Of a DNA stretch of 64,000 nucleotides, positions 36,438-47,100 are shown in pieces (the stretch's first letter is position 1; each line of letters opens with the position of its first letter). This stretch comes from an uncultured virus (IMG/VR IMGVR_UViG_2524614544_000001) (Duplodnaviria; Heunggongvirae; Uroviricota; Caudoviricetes). Under the pieces are notes generated by a model, which was given only the letters and a program-made list of their open reading frames with translations, was not told the origin of the DNA and ran no database searches. The DNA is taken from IMG/VR virus record IMGVR_UViG_2524614544_000001; one strand, written 5' to 3'. The position numbers and the translations under genes are program-made.

Positions 36438-36852
36438 TGTTCAGGGTCGTTGTCCGGCGTGTGGCGGGGCCAGTCTGTTCCTCGGCTCCGGCGGGCACGT
36501 CACCTGCTCCCGTATCGACTGCCCCGCGCCCGGAGAAGCCGACGACCTGCTGCACGGCAAGGAGTCCGACTTCGCGCTAAGTCAGACGCTCGGCGGGCGG
36601 CCCATGCGCTTGGTCGCGCTCGTCTTGCACGCTTACGGCTGCTCCATTGACGACGTGCGCCGCATGACCGACGAGGAGTTCCTTGCCGTGCCCGGCATCG
36701 GGCGCGAGGGTCTGGCGCGCATCCGGTGCGCGTTCCCGGCCCCGTCGGCGGAGGAGTTGCGACAGCCACCCAGCTGCACAGGAGACGTCCTCGCCGCTCT
36801 CGGCCGCCGGATAGGAAAGACCCTCGCCAAGCCGGACAGGAGGAGACCGTGA
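36430..36852 (+). CDS. Zn-ribbon plus RNA polymerase alpha-CTD-like HhH protein
   Basis: CPACG...TC...C, then SIDDVRRMTDEEFLAVPGIGREGLARI. Confidence 0.55.
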   Translation: MPDVQGRCPACGGASLFLGSGGHVTCSRIDCPAPGEADDLLHGKESDFALSQTLGGRPMRLVALVLHAYGCSIDDVRRMTDEEFLAVPGIGREGLARIRCAFPAPSAEELRQPPSCTGDVLAALGRRIGKTLAKPDRRRP

Positions 36853-37103
36853 CTGCCCGCGAAGACCTCTACAGCGTCGCCGCCCAGGACATGCCTGTGG
36901 ATCACAACGAGGTGGACGAGGCTATCGATGCGTTCGCCCGTGAGCTAACCGGGAAGGTACGCGCCCTGCACCGCCCGGTTGAGCACCGGGGCCGCACCAT
37001 CTGCGCCGAGTGCTCCGCATGGGCTGGCGGCAGCACCGACAAGCCGCCCGCAGACCACCCCTGCAACACCATCAAAGCGCTCGGCGGACAGGAGGCGTCG
37101 TGA
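36849..37103 (+). CDS. Hypothetical protein
   Basis: GGAGGAG RBS; LHRP...CAEC...PCNTIKAL. Confidence 0.6.
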   Translation: MTAREDLYSVAAQDMPVDHNEVDEAIDAFARELTGKVRALHRPVEHRGRTICAECSAWAGGSTDKPPADHPCNTIKALGGQEAS

Positions 37104-37726
37104 GCCCTAAGAAGCCTGCCCCGGCGTCCATCCGGCGCGGCCCGAAGGTGCCCGTCACGGTGGCCGAGTGGGATGTGACCCCCGGCCTGCACGAATGGAT
37201 CGAAGGCGAGATCGAGCGACGAGAAAAGGCGGCGCGCTCGCACGGCGTCGGCCCAGTGTGGGAGTACGACGAAGAGCTGCGGGCAGTGCGAGACGCGATC
37301 AGCGGCGAAGCTGTGGCGCACGCCCTCCACCACGGGGCGGGCGACCACATCATGCTCAATGACCCCGATGCGGTCCTGCGCCACTGTGCCGCCGACCGAA
37401 AAATCCTTGCCGCGCACCCCTACACCACCGTCGTGGTCAACCCCCAGTACGGGCAGCACACCGCCGGATTCGGCTGCGAAACCTGCCACGACTGGGACGG
37501 CGTCCCCGAAGGGCGCGGGAACTGCGCCACCATCCTCGCCCTCGCCGAAGCCTACGGACTCGACGAAGCAGAAGAGACGGACGTGGAGGTCATCGACATG
37601 CCGAAGAAGAAGCGCACCCCCGCCCAGAAGCTCGCCCGCGAGATCCAGGCCGCCACGGGCAAGCCGTACACCGAATGCCTCGCTGAAGCGCAACGGCAGC
37701 TTGCCGGGCAGCAGGTGGACCAGTGA
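37100..37726 (+). CDS. DUF6221-like protein
   Basis: HIMLNDPDAVLR...ADRKIL...TILALAEAY. Confidence 0.65.
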   Translation: MSPKKPAPASIRRGPKVPVTVAEWDVTPGLHEWIEGEIERREKAARSHGVGPVWEYDEELRAVRDAISGEAVAHALHHGAGDHIMLNDPDAVLRHCAADRKILAAHPYTTVVVNPQYGQHTAGFGCETCHDWDGVPEGRGNCATILALAEAYGLDEAEETDVEVIDMPKKKRTPAQKLAREIQAATGKPYTECLAEAQRQLAGQQVDQ

Positions 37727-37992
37727 CCGCCGAATGGGACGGTGACGAGTGGGAGCAGGAACGCGACCACATCCACGACGCCATCGCTGGGGCGCTTCGG
37801 AACCTGCGGGGGGACATGCTCGTCGCCAGCGTCGTCATCGGGGTCACCGTCAACGACAACGGCGAGAAGCAGCTCTCCTGCTGGACTAGCCCCGACCAAC
37901 GCCAATGGGAAACCGTCGGGCTGCTGGAGTACGTCCGCATGGACCACGGCGCCTACCTCGCCCAACGACGCATCACGGAGGACGGCGAATGA
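37723..37992 (+). CDS. Hypothetical protein
   Basis: Coupled ORF, 89 aa. Confidence 0.65.
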   Translation: MTAEWDGDEWEQERDHIHDAIAGALRNLRGDMLVASVVIGVTVNDNGEKQLSCWTSPDQRQWETVGLLEYVRMDHGAYLAQRRITEDGE

Positions 37993-38186
37993 GCAGCACG
38001 TACTACGTCCTCTGCCTGTCCCACGACCCGGCGATCCTGAGCACTGAGCATAGGACGCCCGGCGACGCAGCCGAAACCATCAAGACGGGAAGCGACCTCC
38101 ACCCCGGATGTGACCTCGTCATTGAGGAAGTCTCCGGCGGCGCTCCGGGGATCGCTCGGCATCGACGATGACGCGAGGGAAAGCCC

Positions 38187-38453
38187 GTGAGCTACAGACT
38201 GGGCGACCCCATTCACCAGCCGACCGTTCGCTGCCCGAAGCCAGACTGCCAACGGCTACTGATCAACGGTGAAGCGTGCGGGTGCACCTGGCGCGCAGAG
38301 CCGGAGCCCAACCCGCTTGTCGGCGGCCTCATCGCGTGCGTCGACCCCGGCACCGGAAGAGTCATCGTCGCCGGGAGGGTCACCGAGGTGACGTGCGATG
38401 AAGGCGTCTTGGCCCTGACGTTGGCGCACTATGAGACCCCGGAGATGCCATGA
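38187..38453 (+). CDS. Hypothetical protein
   Basis: 88-aa ORF coupled to the HIT gene. Confidence 0.5.
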   Translation: MSYRLGDPIHQPTVRCPKPDCQRLLINGEACGCTWRAEPEPNPLVGGLIACVDPGTGRVIVAGRVTEVTCDEGVLALTLAHYETPEMP

Positions 38454-38802
38454 CCGCCTGCCCGTTCTGTGAGATTGTCGCGGGTCGAGCCCCCTGCTCT
38501 CTGGTCCGGGAGTGGGATGACGCCATGGCGTTCGTGCCTCTCAACCCGGTTACGCCGGGGCACGTCCTCGTCATCCCGAAGGCGTTCCGGACTTCACGAC
38601 TGCCCACTACGTGTCCGCGATGACCATGCACCGGGCAGCCGAGCTGATGCAGGATTCAGGGCCCATGAACCTGATCACCAGCAAGGGGCGAGAGGCGACA
38701 CAGTCCGTCTTCCACCTCCACCTGCACCTCGTGCCCCGCGCCGCCGGAGACGGGCTCGCGCTGCCCTGGTACAGCGGGCGACGAAAGGCAGGCCATCGGT
38801 GA
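38450..38802 (+). pseudogene. HIT-family hydrolase, frameshifted near 38585
   Basis: CPFC...PVTPGHVLVIPK in one frame and QSVFHLHLHLVPR in another. Confidence 0.8.
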
Positions 38803-38898
38803 GCCGCGACAGCCAACGCATTGCCTACCTGTTCGGCAAGGCGTACTGGTGGGACCGGGACCCCGGCGGGCTGCTGACGTTGCAGCCCGCCGTATGGA

Positions 38899-39183
38899 TC
38901 AACGCCCCCGCCCGACCACTACCCCCAACTGCCGCCCGTAGGTGGCCCGGTACTGGTCCGGTGTCCACGCCCGGCCGGCACTGACGAACACCGGCTCGAC
39001 CCTGGCTCCGCCAGCCGCCGCCTCGTCAGCGACGAGCACCCAGCCGACGACCGCCCCTCCGCCAGGAATCCCCGCCGTGTCCGTGCCCGGCTGGGCCGTC
39101 ACCTGTACAACCCAGCCGTCGACGGCCGCTACCAGACCAGCCACCGCATCCTGCCCTTGCCCCGGGCGCACGAGCGCCGGCAT
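38899..39183 (-). CDS. Small protein downstream of the tail fibre
   Basis: ATG overlaps the fibre stop. Confidence 0.55.
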   Translation of the reverse strand: MPALVRPGQGQDAVAGLVAAVDGWVVQVTAQPGTDTAGIPGGGAVVGWVLVADEAAAGGARVEPVFVSAGRAWTPDQYRATYGRQLGVVVGRGR

Positions 39184-40958
39184 CAGAGCTGGGTGACGGA
39201 CAGGTTCCGCCAGAACGGCCTGGTCGCCGCGTCCGTGATCGACCCGTTCGACAGCCCGAAGTACAGGCCGCGGTACGTCGTGTCTGCCAGGGCACCCGTC
39301 GTCCACCCCGCGCCGTCCGTTCGCCGGACCTCCACCGTGGTCGGCGTCACGTCCACCTGAAAGCTCATCGCCGCGTCCGCCACGGGAGCGGTCGTCTGGA
39401 TGGCCGTGCCCATCGTCGTCCCAGCCGTGACCCCCGCCGTGTGCTTGTTCAGCTGCAACTGCCCGTTCGCCCGCATCACCAAGTGGTAGCCGCCCGTGGC
39501 GTTCGCCTGGGAGAACCTGTACGGGTCGTCGCTGGCCTTCCCGAAGTAGATCCCGCCGTGCAACGTGCTCGCTGGCAAAACCTTGAACTTCATGTCAAAG
39601 GAAATCCGGTACCCGCCCGCCCCGGCTGCGATCGGGCAGTAGGTGCCCATCCCCACCGACTGGAACGGCAGGGCGGTCACCGACACCCAGCCGACGTCCG
39701 GGCTGGGGGCGAACTGGAGGGCGTAGGTCTCGTCGTAGTCGATCGTAGGGGTGCAGCCGGACTCCTTGATCTGGAGATCCCACCTGGATGCGGTGCGCTG
39801 CGGGGCCGACGTCGACACGTACCGGGGGTCAGAAGACATCATCCCGACCACGCCGAGCCCGGTGAGGCGGGCGACCTGAGAGCGCCGGTACACCGCCCAT
39901 GCGAAGACGGGCTTGCCGCGGGCGACGACCTGGCTGATCCGGGTGTCGGTGAAAGTTGTGTTCACGCCCCAGTAGTCGACGTTACTGTCCTTGCCGTCCA
40001 TGGTGGCGTCCGTGGTGGTGGAGTCGAGGTAGACCCAGGTTCGGTAGCCGCGCGCCTTCGCCCACGGCAGGCTGAGCGTCCCAATGTGGGCCTTCCAGAT
40101 CACGCTGCGCGGGGCGTGCGGGTACGAGGCATCCAGCAACTGCTGGATCGGCACCACCGCGTCGTTGGCTTTCGCTTCCAGCAGGATCGGCACCTTGCCC
40201 AGGAACTCATCCAGCACCTGGCGGAGCGGGACGAGTCGCTGCTCCGCCCAGCCGGGCCCGAGCAGGGGTCGGGCGTTCGTCTGGATCTGCTGGGCGATCT
40301 CCTCCGTGGTATACGAACTCAGCAGCCCCGTCCGGTTCGTCGTCCGGTCCACGGTCGGATCGTGCAAGCACCACGCCTCCCCCGACGCGTCCACGCCGGC
40401 GGAAATTTCGAGCGGGTACCTCATTGCCGCTGCGGCCCGGTAGGCGGCCAGCGTGTGCTCCGGGCGGACCATGCCACCACCCCGGTGGGCGAAGTACACG
40501 GGGGCGACGGGGGTGGCAGGGTTGATGATGCTGTCGACCGTCGTGATCGCGTTCGGAAGGTACAGGACCGCCGCCGCCGACGCCGCGGCGCTGACGGCGG
40601 CGGTCTTGGCGGCGTCTGCCTTGGATGTTGCGTAGTCGGCGGCTGCGGCCACCACGCCGTCGACCCGGGCTGCCACTGTCCCTGCAATGTCTGCGGCGAT
40701 CAGCGAGTACCGGCGCCCGTACCCGAAGTCGATGAAGCACGTCGTAACCTCGTCCGGCCCGTAGAACGTCACGGCGCCGTCCGCCGCCGCGATGATGCTG
40801 GCGGTGGGTGTGCCGCCGGTGTCGGTGAGGTCGGTGAGCTGGGTGCCGCCAGTGAGGGCGTCCCAGACGGTGCCGGTCGCGCCGGGGCGCAGGAGGAGCT
40901 GGTTCCCGACTCGTTCCATGGCGTAGTCGCTGGTGGAGCCGCCGAAGAGGTGCCGCAT
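39183..40958 (-). CDS. Tail fibre/spike with a glycerophosphodiester phosphodiesterase (GDPD) domain
   Basis: AHRGG, PEHTLAAY, LHDPTVDRTT, LEAK and SDP motifs; last large tail gene. Confidence 0.85.
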   Translation of the reverse strand: MRHLFGGSTSDYAMERVGNQLLLRPGATGTVWDALTGGTQLTDLTDTGGTPTASIIAAADGAVTFYGPDEVTTCFIDFGYGRRYSLIAADIAGTVAARVDGVVAAAADYATSKADAAKTAAVSAAASAAAVLYLPNAITTVDSIINPATPVAPVYFAHRGGGMVRPEHTLAAYRAAAAMRYPLEISAGVDASGEAWCLHDPTVDRTTNRTGLLSSYTTEEIAQQIQTNARPLLGPGWAEQRLVPLRQVLDEFLGKVPILLEAKANDAVVPIQQLLDASYPHAPRSVIWKAHIGTLSLPWAKARGYRTWVYLDSTTTDATMDGKDSNVDYWGVNTTFTDTRISQVVARGKPVFAWAVYRRSQVARLTGLGVVGMMSSDPRYVSTSAPQRTASRWDLQIKESGCTPTIDYDETYALQFAPSPDVGWVSVTALPFQSVGMGTYCPIAAGAGGYRISFDMKFKVLPASTLHGGIYFGKASDDPYRFSQANATGGYHLVMRANGQLQLNKHTAGVTAGTTMGTAIQTTAPVADAAMSFQVDVTPTTVEVRRTDGAGWTTGALADTTYRGLYFGLSNGSITDAATRPFWRNLSVTQL

Positions 40959-40978
40959 GATTGTCCTTTCCGGCCTGT

Positions 40979-41992
40979 TCAGGCGGTCCAGTAGGCGCCG
41001 GTGAGCGTGAAGACGTCACCGTTGCGGATGTTGAACGGGGTGTTCGTGGAGAGGTCTTGGCCGCTGGGGGTGCTGGTGCTGGTCGAACCGTTTTGCATCT
41101 GGTAGCGGATGCGGGCGATCCGTGATGTCGATTCCGTCGGGTAGGTCATGGCGACGCCCAGCACCGACCCCTCTCCGTTGGCGCTGGACAGCGTCCAGGT
41201 GAACAGGGAGCGGGTGAGCGAGGTGCAGGGGTAGCCGGGCGGCAGGGTGACCTGGAGGGGGTCGGGGTAGGCCGGGGGGTTGCCTGTCGGGACGAGATGG
41301 ATCGTCACGTCGACCCGGCGCCCGAACACTTGGTACCGGGCGATGTTGCTGGATCCTGAGCCCCAGGTAACGGTGTTGCCGCCGCATGACCACACGGGCG
41401 TGTACGTGCCCTCTTCGACTCCGCCACTGGCCAGCCACTTCCAGTCGGCGCCGTCACCGAGGTACAGGCTGGTCCCCTCGACGAGGAGCTGGCCCTTGAT
41501 GCTGGGCCGGCGTGCGGCCGGAATCCCTGGGGCGGCTCCCCGGTCGGTGAACCAGCGGTAGTCCTGAACCGCGGTGGCGGTGACGACGGACGACCCTGCG
41601 GCCACAGTGCACTGGGCCAGGGGCATTTCGTAGTCGCCGCCCTCATCAGCCGCGAGGGTTGGGGCGGTCGTTCCGCCGGTGCGGTAGACAACGCGCACGG
41701 TTTTGCTGCTCATGCTGGCCCGGAGGACGACCATGTCGATCCGGGGGACGGAGCCGGCGTTGGGGGTGACGGCGACGTTCTTGACCGCGTCGTTGAGGTA
41801 GTAGAACCCGTTCACGAACGCCTCACCAACAGCCAGGCTGACGTTCCCGGTGCCGTTGCCGGTGACCTTTAGGGCGGTGCTGGCGGGGCCGTCGCCGTGA
41901 ACGCCGTCGATGCCCCAGCGGCGGGCCATGCGGGACCACTGGGACTGGGTGGCGATAGGGGAGCCGTCGAACGGCGCCGAGAACTCTGCCAT
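40979..41992 (-). CDS. Minor tail/baseplate protein
   Basis: GEAFVNGFYY...PRIDMVVLR...YEMPLA; position in the tail operon. Confidence 0.8.
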   Translation of the reverse strand: MAEFSAPFDGSPIATQSQWSRMARRWGIDGVHGDGPASTALKVTGNGTGNVSLAVGEAFVNGFYYLNDAVKNVAVTPNAGSVPRIDMVVLRASMSSKTVRVVYRTGGTTAPTLAADEGGDYEMPLAQCTVAAGSSVVTATAVQDYRWFTDRGAAPGIPAARRPSIKGQLLVEGTSLYLGDGADWKWLASGGVEEGTYTPVWSCGGNTVTWGSGSSNIARYQVFGRRVDVTIHLVPTGNPPAYPDPLQVTLPPGYPCTSLTRSLFTWTLSSANGEGSVLGVAMTYPTESTSRIARIRYQMQNGSTSTSTPSGQDLSTNTPFNIRNGDVFTLTGAYWTA

Positions 41993-43164
41993 CAGGCGGC
42001 CTTCCTTGTCTTGAGGCGCCCGACGTCCTGCTTGAGGCGGGCGATGTACTGGTAGATGCGGGCCACCGTGCCGTCGCCGTCACTCGTCCCGACCGCAGCT
42101 TTCACGGTCGTGCCCTCGCTGGCGGTGCAGGTGAGGGTGACTTCGCGGACGACGTCGGTCATCCACGTCGTCCGGACCTTCGCCGAGACGGTGTCGCCGA
42201 CTTGGTAGTCCCGCCCGTACTGCAGCAGCGGAATGTCGATCGGGCTGATCGCCAACGAGCCCTTCCCGGCACCGACGGTGAGGGCTTCTTCGGCGGCCTG
42301 GTCCATCTGCGCGGCCAGGTCGACCGATGCTGTATCGACGGAAGTGAGGTCGACGAACTGCTCCAGAACCAGGCCGGGAAACAGGGGGTCGGTTCGGTCG
42401 TAGGTCTTGCAGGACCGCGGTGAGGACTGGCCGCCGGCGACGACGATAGCCCTGGTGCAGGTCGGAGGGGTCGTCTGGTAGTTGGCGTCGGTGAGGTTCC
42501 CGAGATCGAACGCAAACCGGGCGGTGCCGGACCGGTCGGTAGGCGCGTACACCTGGAACTGGAGGCCAGCGCCGACCTGGACGACACGGAACCCGAGCCC
42601 GGCGGCGTTCGCAATGTCTTGGAGGACGACGAAGAGGCCGTCGAACTGGTTGAGCTGCCGGGTAATGACCGGTCCGCGACCGCCGTTGGTGGCGAGGGTC
42701 AGCAGCGGGTTCTTGCGGACAGTCAGCGCCCCGGGCCCGGCGTTGACGTTGACGAGAGCACGCATTGCCGTCTCGGCCACCACGGCGCTGATCTTGTACA
42801 CGGCGGCGGCCTGCGACCCGATCGCACTACCCGGGGCCGGCCAGCACGTGTACCGGGTCAGCACCTCGGTGTCCGACACGCCGCCGACGGTCAGCTTGCC
42901 CTCGCCGGAGTCGTCCTTGGAGCGGGACCAGTCGGCGGTGCGGATCGGTCCGGAGTCGACGAGGGCGCCGTCGGCAGTGCGGATGATCAGCCCGTTGCCC
43001 TCGACCAGCAGGCCCGCCTTGTCCGAGTCCGCAGAGACCTCAAGGACGAAGCTGCCGATCGCGTTGTAGCGGGGAACGACGGTGAGGCTGGTGTAGTCGT
43101 CTATCTGCCCGATGCGTTCCAGGGCGGTGTTGCGGACGTAGACGCGGAGTGCGGTGCTGGGCAT
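41992..43164 (-). CDS. Minor tail protein (ReqiPepy6 Gp37-like)
   Basis: RYNAIGSF and YGRDYQVGDTV motifs; follows the distal tail gene. Confidence 0.8.
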   Translation of the reverse strand: MPSTALRVYVRNTALERIGQIDDYTSLTVVPRYNAIGSFVLEVSADSDKAGLLVEGNGLIIRTADGALVDSGPIRTADWSRSKDDSGEGKLTVGGVSDTEVLTRYTCWPAPGSAIGSQAAAVYKISAVVAETAMRALVNVNAGPGALTVRKNPLLTLATNGGRGPVITRQLNQFDGLFVVLQDIANAAGLGFRVVQVGAGLQFQVYAPTDRSGTARFAFDLGNLTDANYQTTPPTCTRAIVVAGGQSSPRSCKTYDRTDPLFPGLVLEQFVDLTSVDTASVDLAAQMDQAAEEALTVGAGKGSLAISPIDIPLLQYGRDYQVGDTVSAKVRTTWMTDVVREVTLTCTASEGTTVKAAVGTSDGDGTVARIYQYIARLKQDVGRLKTRKAA

Positions 43165-43177
43165 GGGTGTCCTCCTC

Positions 43178-44119
43178 TCAGGCGGCCAGGTAGCGGGGCT
43201 GGTACGTCATGCGGACCTGGGTGGCGGCGGTGGACCCGGCAACGGTGAGGGTGAGTTCGTTGATGCCGGTTTCCAGCGGCCACAGGGAGGACGTGTCGGA
43301 GAGGTTGGGCCACAGGTTCGTGACCCCGTTGAGGAGTGCGGTCTGGCGGCGCTCCCGGGTGTCGATGACGATCGTGTCGGCGCCGGTGATCGTGCGGGTC
43401 AGGACGAGGGTCTGCCCAGTCGTCTGGTTGGTGAGGGTGACCGACGTGGCCGGGCCGGTGATCGTCCAGACGGGGTAGGCGTCGTCGTCGCCGTCGTTGT
43501 CGACGGTGACGGCACCAAGTACCTGGGAGTCGCCGACGACGAGCGGCAAGAACGGAAAGAAGGTCCCGCCCGGGTCGGTCTTCCAGGCGTGGGTGACCTC
43601 TCCCCCGGTCCAGTACGGGGACGGGACAGCGAACACGAGTGCGGTGACGCACCACCGGGCACCCGCAGCGTCCCGGGATTCGTCGCCTTCCATGCCTTCC
43701 TGGTAGAGGACGTCGATGCTGCGCTGCGCCCCGTCGGGCTCGGTGAGAGTGAGGGTGCCGCGGCCACGCTTCGGGTTGAGGGAGCGGATCAGGTTGCGGC
43801 GGCGGGCCTTGTAGGCGACTCGACTGTCGTTGGCCCAGAAAGCGATCGGAATGGTGATGGTCTTTCCTTCGGCGCGGACCTGCCGCACTTCGTAGCCGTC
43901 GATGCCCGGCGACTCGTCCGTGGCCATGGCGTAGGACGGCATGTCCAAGCCCTTGGCGCCGGGCTGGACGATCCAGCCGCGCTCCCAGTCCGTGAGGAGC
44001 GTCGTCACCCCGCCGGGATCCGTGAAGGAGATCAGGGGCATCTCGACGATGCGCTGCGGCCACTCCCACGGCGGCTGCTGCTCTACCGGGGGCGCCGATG
44101 AGGCAACGAGAATCGGCAT
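43178..44119 (-). CDS. Distal tail protein
   Basis: Follows the tape measure; PYW, NDGD...PVWTITGP and LWPL..G.N motifs. Confidence 0.82.
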   Translation of the reverse strand: MPILVASSAPPVEQQPPWEWPQRIVEMPLISFTDPGGVTTLLTDWERGWIVQPGAKGLDMPSYAMATDESPGIDGYEVRQVRAEGKTITIPIAFWANDSRVAYKARRRNLIRSLNPKRGRGTLTLTEPDGAQRSIDVLYQEGMEGDESRDAAGARWCVTALVFAVPSPYWTGGEVTHAWKTDPGGTFFPFLPLVVGDSQVLGAVTVDNDGDDDAYPVWTITGPATSVTLTNQTTGQTLVLTRTITGADTIVIDTRERRQTALLNGVTNLWPNLSDTSSLWPLETGINELTLTVAGSTAATQVRMTYQPRYLAA

Positions 44120-47100
44120 CAGCTGGCTCCGCTCATGACGGGACGGTGGAGCATGTCCTGCGTGTCCAGGGCGTCGAGGATGCTGCGGCGGGAGGGGACC
44201 TCGCGGACGAGCGCGCTGTAGTGCAGGTGCCGGTCCCCGGACGTGTTGTTGACCGTCCGGGTCTCCGTGCGGGCGACAGTGGCAGCGGTCGTGGAGCGGA
44301 CCATTGCGGCCATGGACGCCGCGGCTTCGGCGGCCTGCGGGATCGTGGTGCGGATGCCCTGGGCGAAGCCGAGCCCGGTGAACTGGCCCAGCGCGTCGAA
44401 GACCCGCGACGGGGAGTGGATTTTCAGTTCGACCTTGATGGTCTTCTGGACTTTCTTCGCCAGGTCCGTCATCGCCGCGAGGATGGCCTTCTCCTGCGAC
44501 CTCAGCCCGGCAAGGTACCCCTTCCCGGACTGGGCGCCGGCGTCGTACATGGCGTCTGCTGCGGCCTGCCCGTAGGTGGTGGATGCCTTCCCGATCTGGA
44601 CCTGTGTGGCGTTGATGTCCTTGAGCTGCTGGTCGGTTGCGGCGACGAGGGCTGCCGCGTAGGGGGCACCTTGGTCGGGTCCGGCGGCGATGATCTGCCC
44701 GATGAGGTCCTTCGACAGTCCGCGCTTCGCGAGGGTGGCCAGGTTTGCCGAGAACGTTTTGAGCTGGCCGAGGCGGACCTTGAGCCCGTCGAGGATGCCG
44801 CTGGCACCGAAGGGGAGCCCCGAGTTGGGGAGGCCGGTGAGGGCGGCGAAGCTCGTGCCGTTCTTCGCGGTGTCGGTGGCGAAACTGGTGGCCTCAGTGA
44901 GCTTCGCCCGGATCTTGTCGCGGTCCGTGGCGAGCTTCTGGAGCGCCTTGTTCTGTGCCGAAACGGTTTTGATGAGCTTGTCGTCGAGGGTGGTCTTCAC
45001 GCCCTTGAACGCGTTCTTCAGCGCGGTCGCAACCTTCGTCATCGCGGCGTCGATCTGAGACGCGGTGCCGGTGAGCTGCTTCAGGAAGTCCCCGCCCACC
45101 GCGGCTTTCAGCGGCCCGGTGTTGATGTTTTTCCCGCCGACGCGGATGATGCCGCCACTGGCGTACCCGGGAGTGCGGGGCAGGCCGGTGTTGATGCTGA
45201 CGCTGCCGCCGATGATGCCGCCGGTGGCGTATCCGCCGATCCGGCTGTAGGCCGCCGACAGGGACCCGTACCGGGAGAGGGCGTACCGCATGGAGGCGTA
45301 GATGTTCGCCATCGGGTCGATGCTGACGCCGTAGAGCTTGGGTCCGGTCTTCTTGTACTTCCCGGCGTAGGCGTTGAACGTCGGCTCGATGACCTGCATC
45401 AGCCCGACGGACGGGGTGCCGTTGATCCAGTTGATGTCGTTGCGGTTGACCGCCCGAGGGTTGCCCCCGGACTCCTGGTTCATGCGGCGCAGCGTCGTGT
45501 TGACCAGTGCCAGGGACTGCCCGACCTGCCCCAGAGCCTGGGTGACGACGCCGCGGAACTTCTCGACGCCAGCCCCTGCTTCGCCGCCGGTGCCGCCTTC
45601 GAGGTAGCGCATCGGGTCGACGGCCTTGCCGTTGATGCGGGCTTCGAGGTGGAGGTGCGGGCCGGTGACGTTGCCGGTGGCGCCGACGGATCCGACGCGG
45701 GCGCCGCGCTTGATGCTGTTGCCGGCCTTGGCGACCATCGCGGACATGTGGGCGTACAGGGACGACAGGCCCCCGCCGTGGGAGACGGTGACGTGTTTGC
45801 CGTAGGGGCCGCCCGATGTGACGGAGGCGACCTCGCCGTTGTCGACGGCGCGAACCGGGGTGCCGGTCGCTGCCGGGAAGTCGAGGCCGGTGTGCCGACC
45901 CGACGACCACATCAGCCCCCGCTTCCCGAACGGGGTGCCGTAGGGCGCGTTGACGGGTTTCATCCACTGCCCGGTGGCCTCCGGGGGGATGTCCTTGCCG
46001 CGGATGAAGTCGATGGCCTTGTCGATGAAGCTGATCGGGGCCTGTCCGATCATGCCCGGGTAGGTGTTCTTGTCCGCGCCGAGGACCTTGGTGATGCCGG
46101 ACTTGATCGGTTTGAACGCGGTTTCGGCGAGGTCGGCGAGGCCGCCTCGGGCGACGTCGGCGCCCTTCTTCAGCGCGCTGCTGACTCCGGACTTGATGGA
46201 CGATCCGAGGTCTCCGATCGAGCCGAAGATCCCACCCTCGGAGAAGCCCCGGAACCGGGCGAGCGACCGGCCCTGCATGGCGGCCTGGTTGACGGCGTGG
46301 AGGCGGGCCCGCTCGTAGGGGTCACGCATCGCCTCGCTGACATACACGCCTTCGCCGCGGCGCATGGGTACGAGCTGGTCGTCGCCCTGCCGGTAGGTGC
46401 TGTACCCGGGCAGGACACCGCCCCGGGCGAACCCCTTCGGGAGGTTCATCGTTTTCATGTCGGGGATGCCGGGGATCTTGCCTGCGGTCTTGTTCCAGAC
46501 CTTGACGATGCCCTGGTTGTAGACGGTCTCGATCCAGAACTTGATGGGCGCCTTGACGAGGGCTTTCAGCCCGTCCCAGATCTTGCCGATGCCCTTCTTC
46601 AGGCCCTCGAACGCGCCCTTGAATCCGTCGGCGAAGGTGTTGAACCCCTTCTTGACGACTCCCCAGGCGTCGGATGCGGTCTTCTTGACGTTGCCCCACA
46701 GCTCGTCCCACTTGTCACGGATCCCGTCCTTGATCCAGACGAAAATGCGGAGGGCCTTGTCCTTCAGGTCGGTGAACCACTTGATCGCACCCTTGACGAT
46801 GTCGGGGATGATCGAGTGGCCGAGGAGGACGTCGAACAGCCACTTGAACCAGTTGACGATCCCCTTCACGGCCTTGGTGATGACCGTGGCGAGCTGCAGC
46901 ACCCAGCCCAGGACTCGCACCACGATCGGCACGAGGAAGTTCAGCGCAGCCCCGAGCCCCTTGACGAGCAGGCTTGCGACGAACCCGACGACGGCGAGCA
47001 GTGGGCGCAGCGCCAGCGTCAGCAGCCCGAGTAGCGGGGCGAGGAGTTGCCCGACCGCCGCGACCAGCTGGCCGATGATCGGGAAGAGGGGCTGCAGTGC

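Noticed and set aside
38450..38802. Programmed frameshift in the HIT gene
   Set aside because: No slippery site is visible, and other apparent indels occur (about 18085 and 38140). Sequencing error or decay is more likely.
39183..41992. Invertase-driven tail-fibre switching by the serine recombinase
   Set aside because: I saw no alternative fibre ends or inverted crossover sites, and the recombinase is 7 kb away.
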